Source of the DNA: Escherichia coli
GTDB lineage: Bacteria; Pseudomonadota; Gammaproteobacteria; Enterobacterales; Enterobacteriaceae
NCBI RefSeq assembly: GCF_041886205.1
Contig: NZ_CP169029.1
Direction: 5' to 3' (one strand)
Length of the DNA: 64,000 nt
In this document: positions 1 to 10,497 of the stretch, piece by piece
Numbering within the stretch: the stretch's first letter is position 1
Layout: every line of letters begins with the position of its first letter
Program-made: the position numbers and the translations under genes
Notes under the pieces: model-generated
Seen by the model: the letters and a program-made list of their open reading frames with translations, nothing else
The model's database searches: none
What the model was told of the DNA's origin: nothing

Positions 1-1313
1 GCGATCTGGCCTCTAACATCCTGCTGGATATTGGTACGCTTTATCTTTTGAAGTTTTATACCGACGTTCTGGGGCTACCTGGCACCTATGGCGGCATTAT
101 CTTTTTGATCTCGAAATTCTTTACCGCCTTTACCGATATGGGAACCGGCATCATGTTGGATTCCCGGCGTAAGATTGGCCCGAAAGGTAAGTTCCGCCCT
201 TTCATTTTGTACGCGTCATTCCCGGTCACCTTATTGGCAATCGCTAACTTTATCGGCACACCGTTCGATGTCACTGGTAAAACGGTGATGGCCACTATTC
301 TGTTTATGCTCTACGGGCTGTTTTTCAGCATGATGAACTGCTCCTATGGCGCGATGGTGCCTGCTATTACCAAAAACCCCAACGAGCGCGCATCACTGGC
401 GGCATGGCGTCAGGGAGGCGCTACGCTGGGCCTGCTGCTGTGCACGGTGGGATTCGTGCCGGTTATGAATCTTATCGAAGGTAATCAGCAACTTGGCTAT
501 ATCTTCGCCGCCACGCTGTTTTCACTGTTCGGCCTGCTGTTTATGTGGATCTGCTACTCGGGCGTGAAAGAGCGTTATGTCGAAACCCAACCAGCCAATC
601 CGGCGCAAAAGCCTGGCCTGCTGCAATCTTTCCGCGCAATTGCCGGTAACCGCCCACTGTTCATTCTGTGCATTGCCAACCTCTGCACTTTAGGGGCGTT
701 TAACGTCAAGCTCGCCATCCAGGTCTATTACACCCAGTACGTACTTAACGATCCCATCCTGTTGTCATATATGGGATTTTTCAGCATGGGCTGTATTTTC
801 ATCGGTGTGTTCCTGATGCCTGGCGCAGTCAGGCGTTTTGGTAAGAAGAAGGTCTATATCGGCGGCCTGCTGATTTGGGTGCTGGGCGATCTGCTCAACT
901 ATTTCTTCGGCGGCGGTTCGGTCAGCTTCGTGGCGTTCTCCTGCCTGGCGTTCTTTGGCTCAGCGTTTGTTAACAGCCTGAACTGGGCGCTGGTTTCCGA
1001 CACCGTCGAGTACGGCGAGTGGCGCACCGGCGTGCGTTCGGAAGGAACGGTCTACACCGGTTTTACCTTCTTTCGCAAAGTGTCTCAGGCGCTGGCTGGT
1101 TTCTTCCCCGGCTGGATGCTGACGCAAATTGGCTATGTGCCGAACGTCGCACAGGCTGACCACACCATTGAAGGGTTACGCCAGTTGATCTTCATCTATC
1201 CAAGCGCACTGGCGGTAGTCACCATTGTGGCGATGGGTTGCTTCTACAGCCTGAACGAGAAGATGTATGTCCGCATTGTGGAAGAGATAGAAGCCCGTAA
1301 ACGCACGGCGTAA
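1..1313 (+). CDS. yihP: MFS/GPH-family sugar transporter, 5'-truncated by window edge (sulfoquinovose cluster member)
   Basis: ORF 48..1313 stays open to the window start in the same frame; paralogous to the next ORF (shared LKFYTD...GGIIFL...FTAFTDM...GPKGKFRPF motifs); position upstream of yihO-ompL. Confidence 0.8.
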   Translation, partial: DLASNILLDIGTLYLLKFYTDVLGLPGTYGGIIFLISKFFTAFTDMGTGIMLDSRRKIGPKGKFRPFILYASFPVTLLAIANFIGTPFDVTGKTVMATILFMLYGLFFSMMNCSYGAMVPAITKNPNERASLAAWRQGGATLGLLLCTVGFVPVMNLIEGNQQLGYIFAATLFSLFGLLFMWICYSGVKERYVETQPANPAQKPGLLQSFRAIAGNRPLFILCIANLCTLGAFNVKLAIQVYYTQYVLNDPILLSYMGFFSMGCIFIGVFLMPGAVRRFGKKKVYIGGLLIWVLGDLLNYFFGGGSVSFVAFSCLAFFGSAFVNSLNWALVSDTVEYGEWRTGVRSEGTVYTGFTFFRKVSQALAGFFPGWMLTQIGYVPNVAQADHTIEGLRQLIFIYPSALAVVTIVAMGCFYSLNEKMYVRIVEEIEARKRTA

Positions 1314-1355
1314 TAATAATAAACGACGCCCTGCGGGGCGTTATAAGGAGTGATT

Positions 1356-2759
1356 ATGTCTGACCATAATCCACTGACATTAAAACTGAATCTGCGGGAA
1401 AAAATCGCCTATGGTATGGGCGACGTCGGTTCGAATTTAATGCTCTGCATCGGTACTCTGTATCTCCTCAAATTTTATACCGATGAATTAGGGATGCCTG
1501 CTTACTATGGCGGGATTATCTTTCTGGTGGCGAAGTTTTTTACCGCGTTTACCGATATGCTCACCGGATTTTTACTCGACTCGCGGAAAAATATTGGGCC
1601 TAAAGGCAAATTTCGTCCCTTTATTTTATATGCAGCGGTTCCGGCGGCGTTAATTGCAACGCTCCAGTTTATCGCCACCACCTTTTGTTTGCCGGTTAAA
1701 ACGACGATTGCCACCGCGCTGTTTATGATGTTTGGACTTTCATACAGTCTGATGAACTGCTCGTATGGTGCGATGATCCCGGCAATTACCAAAAACCCGA
1801 ATGAGCGCGCGCAGCTCGCGGCTTACCGCCAGGGTGGTGCAACCATAGGGCTATTGATTTGTACCGTGGCGTTTATTCCGTTGCAGTCGCTTTTTTCTGA
1901 CTCAACCGTCGGTTATGCCTGTGCGGCACTTATATTCTCCATTGGCGGCTTTATTTTTATGATGCTGTGCTACAGAGGCGTCAAAGAGCATTATGTGGAC
2001 ACAACGCCAACCGGACATAAAGCCAGTATTCTCAAATCATTTTGCGCGATATTTCGGAATCCGCCATTGCTGGTTTTATGCATTGCTAACTTGTGTACCC
2101 TGGCGGCATTTAATATCAAACTGGCGATTCAGGTCTATTACACCCAGTATGTGCTGAATGATATTAATTTATTGTCGTGGATGGGATTCTTCAGTATGGG
2201 ATGCATCCTCATCGGCGTATTACTGGTGCCATTAACTGTAAAATGTTTTGGTAAAAAACAGGTTTATCTGGCTGGCATGGTGCTGTGGGCGGTGGGTGAT
2301 ATACTGAATTATTTCTGGGGAAGTAACTCTTTCACTTTCGTCATGTTCTCTTGTGTCGCCTTTTTTGGCACGGCCTTTGTAAACAGCCTGAACTGGGCAC
2401 TGGTACCAGATACCGTAGATTACGGTGAATGGAAAACCGGTATTCGTGCCGAAGGTTCTGTTTATACCGGTTATACCTTCTTTCGTAAAATTTCTGCCGC
2501 ACTTGCTGGCTTCTTGCCAGGCATTATGCTGACGCAAATTGGTTATGTTCCCAACATCGCGCAAAGCGATGCGACATTACAGGGTTTGCGTCAGCTCATT
2601 TTTATCTGGCCTTGTGCACTGGCAATTATTGCTGCATTGACGATGGGATTCTTTTACACACTCAATGAAAAACGGTTTGCATTGATTATTGAGGAAATCA
2701 ACCAACGCAAAAATAAAGAGATGGCGACAGAAGAAAAAACGGCTTCCGTAACGTTATAA
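1356..2759 (+). CDS. yihO: MFS/GPH-family transporter (sulfoquinovose cluster)
   Basis: 467-aa product from ATG 1356 with AAGGAG Shine-Dalgarno at 1345..1350; track ORF begins at an upstream GTG (1350); recognised YihO sequence. Confidence 0.85.
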   Translation: MSDHNPLTLKLNLREKIAYGMGDVGSNLMLCIGTLYLLKFYTDELGMPAYYGGIIFLVAKFFTAFTDMLTGFLLDSRKNIGPKGKFRPFILYAAVPAALIATLQFIATTFCLPVKTTIATALFMMFGLSYSLMNCSYGAMIPAITKNPNERAQLAAYRQGGATIGLLICTVAFIPLQSLFSDSTVGYACAALIFSIGGFIFMMLCYRGVKEHYVDTTPTGHKASILKSFCAIFRNPPLLVLCIANLCTLAAFNIKLAIQVYYTQYVLNDINLLSWMGFFSMGCILIGVLLVPLTVKCFGKKQVYLAGMVLWAVGDILNYFWGSNSFTFVMFSCVAFFGTAFVNSLNWALVPDTVDYGEWKTGIRAEGSVYTGYTFFRKISAALAGFLPGIMLTQIGYVPNIAQSDATLQGLRQLIFIWPCALAIIAALTMGFFYTLNEKRFALIIEEINQRKNKEMATEEKTASVTL

Positions 2760-2826
2760 ATGTCAATAGCCGCTATTTCCATCCTGGTGGGTGGCGGCCT
2801 CCCTACGTTTAAAAAATGGACTTATT

Positions 2827-3519
2827 ATGAAAAAGATTAATGCAATAATTTTATTATCTTCTCTGACCTCTGCCTCGGTATTTGCTGGCGCATACGTCGA
2901 AAACAGGGAGGCATATAATCTTGCCTCCGATCAGGGCGAGGTTATGCTACGTGTGGGTTATAACTTCGATATGGGCGCGGGTATTATGTTAACCAATACC
3001 TACAACTTTCAGCGAGAAGATGAACTAAAACATGGATATAACGAAATTGAAGGCTGGTATCCGTTATTTAAACCAACCGATAAATTAACCATCCAGCCCG
3101 GTGGCTTAATTAATGATAAGAGTATCGGTTCGGGTGGTGCAGTGTATCTGGACGTCAACTATAAATTTGTACCATGGTTTAATCTGACAGTACGAAATCG
3201 CTATAACCATAATAACTATAGTTCAACAGATTTGAGCGGGGAACTGGATAATAATGACACCTATGAAATTGGCACCTACTGGAATTTTAAAATCACCGAT
3301 AAATTTTCCTATACATTTGAGCCACATTACTTCATGCGAGTGAATGACTTTAATAGTAGCAACGGGAAAGATCATCATTGGGAAATCACTAACACCTTCC
3401 GTTACCGTATTAATGAACACTGGCTCCCTTATTTCGAATTGCGCTGGTTAGACCGCAACGTCGAACCGTACCACCGCGAGCAAAACCAGATCCGTATCGG
3501 GACGAAGTATTTCTTCTGA
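2827..3519 (+). CDS. ompL: outer-membrane porin OmpL
   Basis: 230-aa product from MKKINAIILLSS with a signal-peptide-like N-terminus and C-terminal aromatic residue (..KYFF); ORF track starts 12 codons upstream. Confidence 0.85.
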   Translation: MKKINAIILLSSLTSASVFAGAYVENREAYNLASDQGEVMLRVGYNFDMGAGIMLTNTYNFQREDELKHGYNEIEGWYPLFKPTDKLTIQPGGLINDKSIGSGGAVYLDVNYKFVPWFNLTVRNRYNHNNYSSTDLSGELDNNDTYEIGTYWNFKITDKFSYTFEPHYFMRVNDFNSSNGKDHHWEITNTFRYRINEHWLPYFELRWLDRNVEPYHREQNQIRIGTKYFF

Positions 3520-3528
3520 TGTGAAACT

Positions 3529-3606
<78 letters not shown>

Positions 3607-3609
3607 TAA

Positions 3610-4875
3610 TTAAGCTTCAGCCGCCAGCATCTCTTTCTTACGTTGGCTAATACGCTTAACCAGCATTACGGAAACCACCGCACCACTGAATGCGAAGCAG
3701 GCCATAATGCCAAACACGATTTTGTAGCCAATAATCCCCGGATTTAAATCCAGAATGTAGCCATACAGACTGAAGCAGAACATCGCCGGAGCGTAACCAA
3801 TAAAGCTACCCAACGCCATCGCCGCACCTGTTTTATTTTCAGCAATTTTTGCTTCGCCGATAGGTGCAAAAAATACGGCTCGCTGTGTAAAGACTATCGC
3901 GCCAAAGCCCAGCGTACATGCCATCCCTAAATAGACCGGCATACTTTCGTGCGGCAGCATAATCAACAGTACGAGCGCAGCGGTACTAATGATAAAGGTG
4001 TAGCATAGATATTTACTTGGCGATTTCAGGATCTTATCTGAAATCATGCCACCAATCGGTCCACCAATCATTTTCAGACAGTATTGGTTAATGATGCCGT
4101 AAGCCCCCACCAGCGCAACGGGCAATAGATAGATGTTTTTCAGGAATGGAATGAAGAATGTCAGGCCACAGTAAACCGCGTAAACGAAGAAGACGTTAAA
4201 AGCGATAAGCCAGATAGTTTTGTCTTTCAGCACCGAGGTCATACTGGTGTTTTTCGATGCTCCGTCTTCTTTTTTCACCTCAACGGACGGTGCCTCTTCT
4301 TTGTCATTCAGAACAAAGAAAATGATAATGCCTACGGCAATCACAATAAGGGAATAGAACCAGATGCCTGCTTTAAAACCCAATAAGCCACTGCCAAACC
4401 AGGTAAATACTGCCAACGCAGAAAATGCCACCACGGTATCGACAATGCCACGCCCTGTTTCGAAGAAGCCAAACAACCGACCTTGTTGTTCGCTATTGCC
4501 CAATCGACTTACCGACTTGAGCAAGACCGGCCAGTTCATCATGTCGCAAGTAACGCCAAATAGCGCCCAGACAAAGAGGATGCCCCAATACCCCGGCATT
4601 GTCGTCAAATAAACACCCAGTAATCCTGTCGCAATGAGTGAGAATGACATGGTGTATCTGCGCGGTAGTTTATCGGCAAAATAAATAGACAGAAAAAAAC
4701 CCACTGTCGTGACAAATGAGTTTACCGACATAGCATTACCAATTTGACCATTGGTCAAATGGAAATATTCCTGCATCGGGATATAAAACGCATCTTTCAG
4801 CGACGGTAATTTATAAATTGTACCGCCACACAATGTTAATAGACTAAATAACGCCCATTTCTTTTTCGTGAGCAT
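3610..4875 (-). CDS. yihN: MFS transporter, uncharacterised substrate
   Basis: 421-aa hydrophobic multi-span ORF; conserved position after yihM. Confidence 0.85.
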   Translation of the reverse strand: MLTKKKWALFSLLTLCGGTIYKLPSLKDAFYIPMQEYFHLTNGQIGNAMSVNSFVTTVGFFLSIYFADKLPRRYTMSFSLIATGLLGVYLTTMPGYWGILFVWALFGVTCDMMNWPVLLKSVSRLGNSEQQGRLFGFFETGRGIVDTVVAFSALAVFTWFGSGLLGFKAGIWFYSLIVIAVGIIIFFVLNDKEEAPSVEVKKEDGASKNTSMTSVLKDKTIWLIAFNVFFVYAVYCGLTFFIPFLKNIYLLPVALVGAYGIINQYCLKMIGGPIGGMISDKILKSPSKYLCYTFIISTAALVLLIMLPHESMPVYLGMACTLGFGAIVFTQRAVFFAPIGEAKIAENKTGAAMALGSFIGYAPAMFCFSLYGYILDLNPGIIGYKIVFGIMACFAFSGAVVSVMLVKRISQRKKEMLAAEA

Positions 4876-4976
4876 AACATCCCCTAAGCGATTTTTAAAA
4901 TCACTGTTTTATAGGCAATAAGATACCGACCATTCATATGGAATGGTTTTATTAACTGCGTATGAGTTAAAACTTA

Positions 4977-5957
4977 TTAGTGGTTCAGAAGATGGTTTGC
5001 CTCTTGTTTGATTTGTTGTAGTACGTTACGCACATGATTTATCTGATTAATTGCATCTTCTTTTTCTTTACGTAACCGCGCATCCAGTAAATGATTTTCT
5101 GGCAATGGTGTTTCACTCATCTGGCGATAAGGGATCCACGGATTATCATCTTCGTCTTCAAAGCGGAACGCCGGCGCATAGTAATCAACCTCTTCTTCCA
5201 GGCCATATGCCGTCACCTGCGGCTCATCATCACCCAGGCAGATAAGGTGCGTTAATAACGCTTTGAACGGCATATCACCCTGACCTGAAATACAGGCTTT
5301 ATGACCCAGGCCACCCTGTTCTTTAACGATCAAGGCATCTTTGATATGGACCTGGGTAATATGCGGTGCCATCGTTTTTAAGGCGTCGATGGGATGCTCA
5401 TTTGCATTGATCATGTTCGCAAAATCAAACAGTAAGGAAAGAGACTCCATCTCACTTTCTTTGACCAGCGACACCAGCTCATGACTTTTTAAATCTTCAT
5501 GCTGCTCGATCGTAAAAGTCAGGCCGCTGTCCTGATACGTTTCCCGTACATAGGCAATGTCGTTAGCGATAATCGATAATACGTCGCGCAAATTACCTTC
5601 ATAACGTGGATAAAAACGTACGGACGATGCCCCAGTTTTCAACGCAATGGCGACGGCTTCGTCAATAGATGCCTTATCTGAGGCGCTGGTTTCAATATGA
5701 ATATCAAGGTTCAGACGGCGGGCTTTATCTCCAAAGGCAGAGAGTTCTTTATCGTCCATATTACCAAGAGAAAAACGCTCGCCATCCAGAACATGGATTT
5801 TGACGCCACGTAGATTATTTTCACTTGCGATATCAAGTAAATCAGCAGGCAACACTCTTTCCAGCCGCATATTTAAATGAAAGGCATAAGCATGTAAATA
5901 AAGAGGAAGAGTGTCGACACGTTGTAGAATCTTTCTTGCGTTATTTATTGTCACCAT
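4977..5957 (-). CDS. yihM: sugar-phosphate isomerase/epimerase-like (xylose-isomerase TIM-barrel fold) protein
   Basis: 326-aa ORF recognised as YihM; operon position between yihL and yihN. Confidence 0.8.
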   Translation of the reverse strand: MVTINNARKILQRVDTLPLYLHAYAFHLNMRLERVLPADLLDIASENNLRGVKIHVLDGERFSLGNMDDKELSAFGDKARRLNLDIHIETSASDKASIDEAVAIALKTGASSVRFYPRYEGNLRDVLSIIANDIAYVRETYQDSGLTFTIEQHEDLKSHELVSLVKESEMESLSLLFDFANMINANEHPIDALKTMAPHITQVHIKDALIVKEQGGLGHKACISGQGDMPFKALLTHLICLGDDEPQVTAYGLEEEVDYYAPAFRFEDEDDNPWIPYRQMSETPLPENHLLDARLRKEKEDAINQINHVRNVLQQIKQEANHLLNH

Positions 5958-5964
5958 AAAACAC

Positions 5965-6675
5965 CTACAGATTAATGATGAGGTCTACGGCCTCAAATCG
6001 CCAATATTCAATATCTATCTGGACAATATTGCCTTGCTGGTCGGCGCGATGCTTTTCAATTAAGATCGCTGGCATACCCGCAGAACCGCCAAGATACTTG
6101 CTGATATCGCCCGGCATTCTGACGGGTTTGAAAATCAATTTTTTTACTACCGTCTCTTTTTGGTAGCACTTTTCCCAGACTGCAGAAAATGAGTGGTTTT
6201 CAAGTTGTTCAATAAAACCCGGAGCAACTTCAGGATTAATATATGTTTCGTGATAGAAAACTTTATGTCCTTCCAGCGCCCCCCAGCCGGTGATGCGATA
6301 GAGTTCAGTTGATGGTGTCACTGCAATCAGTGGCGCGAGCGTCTCGGGAATATCGCTGGTACGGTTTTTCTCGGTAAACCCCCAGGAAGGCTCTCGTCCT
6401 TGCTCAATTGCGGCCCGCTGAAAGCTCGCTGACAGCTCCGGACTGTAATTAAATCGCGGCTGGGTCACGAACCACCCCTTACGATCCTTACGGAAGATTT
6501 TGGATTCTGCCTCAAGGTTCAACAACGCCTGGCGCAGCGTCATACGTTTAATGCCCAGCAGTTCTCCCAGCTCTCTTTCTGAAGGGAGTTTTCCACCCGG
6601 CGTGGTGATGCCATCTTTCAACCACCGATCCAGTTTCTCTTTTGCATTTTCTACGGTGGATTGATTCTCCGCCAT
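5965..6675 (-). CDS. yihL: GntR-family transcriptional regulator (HTH + UTRA-type effector domain)
   Basis: 236-aa ORF with N-terminal GntR-like HTH (..SERELGELLGIKRMTLRQAL..); 8 bp upstream of yihM. Confidence 0.8.
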   Translation of the reverse strand: MAENQSTVENAKEKLDRWLKDGITTPGGKLPSERELGELLGIKRMTLRQALLNLEAESKIFRKDRKGWFVTQPRFNYSPELSASFQRAAIEQGREPSWGFTEKNRTSDIPETLAPLIAVTPSTELYRITGWGALEGHKVFYHETYINPEVAPGFIEQLENHSFSAVWEKCYQKETVVKKLIFKPVRMPGDISKYLGGSAGMPAILIEKHRADQQGNIVQIDIEYWRFEAVDLIINL

Positions 6676-6841
6676 TGTTTAATCCTTTTGGTTTAAACCA
6701 GATGAAGCATCTTACGCTTACGCCAAAAAAGAAAGCAATTAACGGCGTATGACTTTGCAGATAATTGTGACAAAGCTCTCTATTGACGTAATCCCAGACT
6801 TATAAGGGAGATACTCGCATTGGTGTGCGCTCACGACAGGT

Positions 6842-6874
6842 AAAAAAAAACCTGCCAGCGATGGCAGGTTTTTT
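6842..6874 (-). terminator. rho-independent terminator downstream of typA (hairpin CCTGCCAGCGATGGCAGG flanked by A/T runs)
   Basis: perfect inverted repeat 6851..6868 followed by a U-run on the minus-strand transcript. Confidence 0.6.
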
Positions 6875-6891
6875 ATAACTAAAAAACGAAA

Positions 6892-8715
6892 TTAATCGTC
6901 TTTCGGTGCGCGGTTGGCGCGACGACGATCGTTTTCAGTCAGGTGACGTTTACGAATACGGATAGAGGTCGGAGTCACTTCTACCAGTTCGTCATCATCG
7001 ATGAACTCCAGAGCTTGTTCCAGAGTCATGCGGATAGGCGGAACCAGAACAACGGCTTCGTCAGTACCGGAAGCACGCATGTTGGTCAGTTTCTTACCAG
7101 TCAGGCAGTTTACCGTCAGGTCGTTAGAGCGGCTGTGAATACCGATAATCTGACCTTCGTAAACTTCTGCACCGTGACCGAGGAACAGCTTACCGCGATC
7201 CTGCAGACCGAACAGCGCGAACGCGACCGCTTTACCCTGACCGTTAGAGATCAGTACGCCGTTCTGACGCTGACCCACTTCACCCGGACGTACGTCGTCG
7301 TAGTGGCTGAAGGTGGAGTACAGCAGACCAGTACCGGAAGTCATGGTCATGAACTCAGAACGGAAGCCAATCAGACCACGGCTTGGGATCACGTAGTCGA
7401 GACGTACGCGGCCTTTACCGTCTGGATTCATGTTTTTCAGGTCGCCTTTACGTTCGCCCAGCGCCTGCATTACAGAACCCTGATGCTGTTCTTCAACGTC
7501 CAGAGTCACGTTTTCATACGGCTCTTGTTTACGACCGTCGATTTCACGGAAGATAACTTTCGGACGGGATACCGCCAGTTCGAAACCTTCACGACGCATG
7601 TTTTCGATCAGAACAGACAGGTGTAGTTCGCCACGACCAGAAACGCGGAACGCATCAGCGTCTTCGGTTTCTTCTACGCGCAGCGCAACGTTGTGTACCA
7701 GTTCTTTGTTCAGACGATCCAGGATCTGACGAGACGTTACGAACTTACCTTCTTTACCGCAGAACGGCGAGGTGTTAACGCAGAAGAACATAGAAACGGT
7801 CGGCTCATCAACGGAGAGTGCCGGCAGCGCTTCAACGTTTTGCGTGTCGCAAACGGTGTCAGAAATGTTCAGTTCGCCCAGGCCCGTGATCGCCACGATA
7901 TCGCCAGCTTCCGCCAGATCGGTTTCGATACGTTCCAGACCGAGGTGGCCCAGCACTTTACCGACTTTCGCGTTACGGGTTTTGCCTTCGCTATCGATGA
8001 TAGTGACCTGCTGGTTCGGCTTCACTTTACCGCGCTTGATGCGGCCAATGCCGATAACGCCAACATAGCTGTTGTAATCGAGCTGAGAAATCTGCATCTG
8101 GAACGGACCGTCAAGGTCAACGTCCGGCGCAGGAACGTGATCAACAATCGCCTGATACAGCGGGGTCATGTCTTCCGCCATATCTTCGTGGTCCAGACCC
8201 GCGATACCGTTCAGCGCAGAAGCGTAAACGATCGGGAAGTCCAGCTGCTCGTCGGTCGCGTCGAGGTTAACGAACAGATCGAATACCTGATCCACAACCC
8301 AATCAGGACGCGCGCCAGGGCGGTCAACTTTGTTGATAACAACAATCGGCTTCAGGCCGTAAGCAAACGCTTTTTTGGTTACGAAGCGCGTTTGCGGCAT
8401 CGGGCCGTCAAATGCGTCAACCACCAGCAGCACTGAGTCTACCATGGACATTACACGTTCAACTTCACCACCGAAGTCGGCGTGCCCCGGGGTATCAACG
8501 ATGTTGATACGGTAATCATTCCATTTGATAGCGGTGTTTTTCGCGAGGATGGTAATCCCACGCTCTTTCTCCAAATCGTTGGAGTCCATCACGCGCTCTT
8601 GGGTTTCGGCACGAGAGTCGAACGTACCGGATTGTTGGAGCAGCTTGTCTACCAGGGTGGTTTTACCATGGTCTACGTGCGCGATGATGGCGATATTACG
8701 CAATTTTTCGATCAC
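6892..8715 (-). CDS. typA: ribosome-associated translational GTPase BipA/TypA
   Basis: 607-aa ORF with GTPase motifs ([18 protein letters not shown]); divergent from glnA. Confidence 0.95.
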   Translation of the reverse strand: MIEKLRNIAIIAHVDHGKTTLVDKLLQQSGTFDSRAETQERVMDSNDLEKERGITILAKNTAIKWNDYRINIVDTPGHADFGGEVERVMSMVDSVLLVVDAFDGPMPQTRFVTKKAFAYGLKPIVVINKVDRPGARPDWVVDQVFDLFVNLDATDEQLDFPIVYASALNGIAGLDHEDMAEDMTPLYQAIVDHVPAPDVDLDGPFQMQISQLDYNSYVGVIGIGRIKRGKVKPNQQVTIIDSEGKTRNAKVGKVLGHLGLERIETDLAEAGDIVAITGLGELNISDTVCDTQNVEALPALSVDEPTVSMFFCVNTSPFCGKEGKFVTSRQILDRLNKELVHNVALRVEETEDADAFRVSGRGELHLSVLIENMRREGFELAVSRPKVIFREIDGRKQEPYENVTLDVEEQHQGSVMQALGERKGDLKNMNPDGKGRVRLDYVIPSRGLIGFRSEFMTMTSGTGLLYSTFSHYDDVRPGEVGQRQNGVLISNGQGKAVAFALFGLQDRGKLFLGHGAEVYEGQIIGIHSRSNDLTVNCLTGKKLTNMRASGTDEAVVLVPPIRMTLEQALEFIDDDELVEVTPTSIRIRKRHLTENDRRRANRAPKDD

Positions 8716-8866
8716 AACTTTGCCTCAGGCATTAGAAATAGCGCGTTATTGTACACGGATTAATCGCACTACAAAACAGGATCACAAACATCCTCCGCAA
8801 ACAAGTATTGCAGAGTCCCTTTGTGATCGCTTTCACGGAGCATAAAAAGGGTTATCCAAAGGTCAT

Positions 8867-8947
8867 TGCACCAATATGGTGCTTAATGTTTCCATTGAAG
8901 CACTATATTGGTGCAACATTCACATCATGGTGCAGCCCTTTTGCACG
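8867..8947 (+). promoter_or_regulatory. NtrC (GlnG) enhancer sites upstream of glnA (TGCACCAatatGGTGCt, GCACtatatTGGTGCA and a third partial site)
   Basis: matches to the TGCACCA-N3-TGGTGCA dyad at about 8867..8883, 8900..8916 and 8929..8947. Confidence 0.75.
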
Positions 8948-8988
8948 ATGTTAAGCATGATAACGCCTTTTAGGGGCAATTTAAAAGT

Positions 8989-9004
8989 TGGCACAGTTTT
9001 CGCT
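8989..9004 (+). promoter_or_regulatory. sigma-54 promoter glnAp2 (TGGCAC-N5-TCGCT)
   Basis: -24 GG / -12 GC element TTGGCACAGTTTTCGCT about 85 bp upstream of the glnA ATG. Confidence 0.8.
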
Positions 9005-9087
9005 TTATCTTTTTTACGGCGACACGGCCAAAATAATTGCAGATTTCGTTACCACGACGACAATGACCAATCCAGGAGAGTTAAAGT

Positions 9088-10497
9088 ATGTCCGCTGAAC
9101 ACGTACTGACGATGCTGAACGAGCACGAAGTGAAGTTTGTTGATTTGCGCTTCACCGATACCAAAGGTAAAGAACAGCACGTCACTATCCCTGCTCATCA
9201 GGTGAATGCTGAATTCTTCGAAGAAGGCAAAATGTTTGACGGCTCCTCGATTGGCGGCTGGAAAGGCATTAACGAATCCGACATGGTGCTGATGCCAGAC
9301 GCATCCACCGCAGTGATTGACCCGTTCTTCGCCGACTCCACCCTGATTATCCGTTGCGACATCCTTGAACCTGGCACCCTGCAAGGCTATGACCGTGACC
9401 CGCGCTCTATTGCGAAGCGCGCCGAAGATTACCTGCGTTCCACTGGCATTGCCGACACCGTACTGTTCGGGCCAGAACCTGAATTCTTCCTGTTCGATGA
9501 CATCCGTTTCGGATCATCTATCTCCGGTTCCCACGTTGCTATCGACGATATCGAAGGCGCATGGAACTCCTCCACCCAATATGAAGGTGGTAACAAAGGT
9601 CACCGTCCGGCAGTGAAAGGCGGTTACTTCCCGGTTCCACCGGTAGACTCGGCTCAGGATATTCGTTCTGAAATGTGTCTGGTGATGGAACAGATGGGTC
9701 TGGTGGTTGAAGCCCATCACCACGAAGTAGCGACTGCTGGTCAGAACGAAGTGGCTACCCGCTTCAATACCATGACCAAAAAAGCTGACGAAATTCAGAT
9801 CTACAAATATGTTGTGCACAACGTAGCGCACCGCTTCGGTAAAACTGCGACCTTTATGCCAAAACCGATGTTCGGTGATAACGGCTCCGGTATGCACTGC
9901 CACATGTCGCTGTCTAAAAACGGCGTTAACCTGTTCGCGGGCGACAAATACGCAGGTCTGTCTGAGCAGGCGCTGTACTACATTGGCGGCGTAATCAAAC
10001 ACGCTAAAGCGATTAACGCCCTGGCAAACCCGACCACCAACTCTTATAAGCGTCTGGTCCCGGGCTACGAAGCACCGGTAATGCTGGCTTACTCTGCACG
10101 CAACCGTTCTGCGTCTATCCGTATTCCGGTGGTTTCTTCTCCGAAAGCACGTCGTATCGAAGTACGTTTCCCGGATCCGGCGGCTAACCCGTACCTGTGC
10201 TTTGCTGCCCTGCTGATGGCCGGTCTTGATGGTATCAAGAACAAGATCCATCCGGGCGAAGCCATGGACAAAAACCTGTATGACCTGCCGCCAGAAGAAG
10301 CGAAAGAGATCCCACAAGTTGCAGGCTCTCTGGAAGAAGCACTGAACGAGCTGGATCTGGACCGCGAGTTCCTGAAAGCCGGTGGCGTGTTCACGGATGA
10401 AGCGATCGATGCGTACATCGCTCTGCGTCGCGAAGAAGATGACCGCGTGCGTATGACTCCGCATCCGGTAGAGTTTGAGCTGTACTACAGCGTCTAA
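9088..10497 (+). CDS. glnA: glutamine synthetase
   Basis: 469-aa ORF, recognised GlnA sequence including the adenylylation region. Confidence 0.97.

Noticed and set aside
7693-8436. 247-aa plus-strand ORF antisense to typA (and 6943..7626)
   Set aside because: Shadow ORFs within typA
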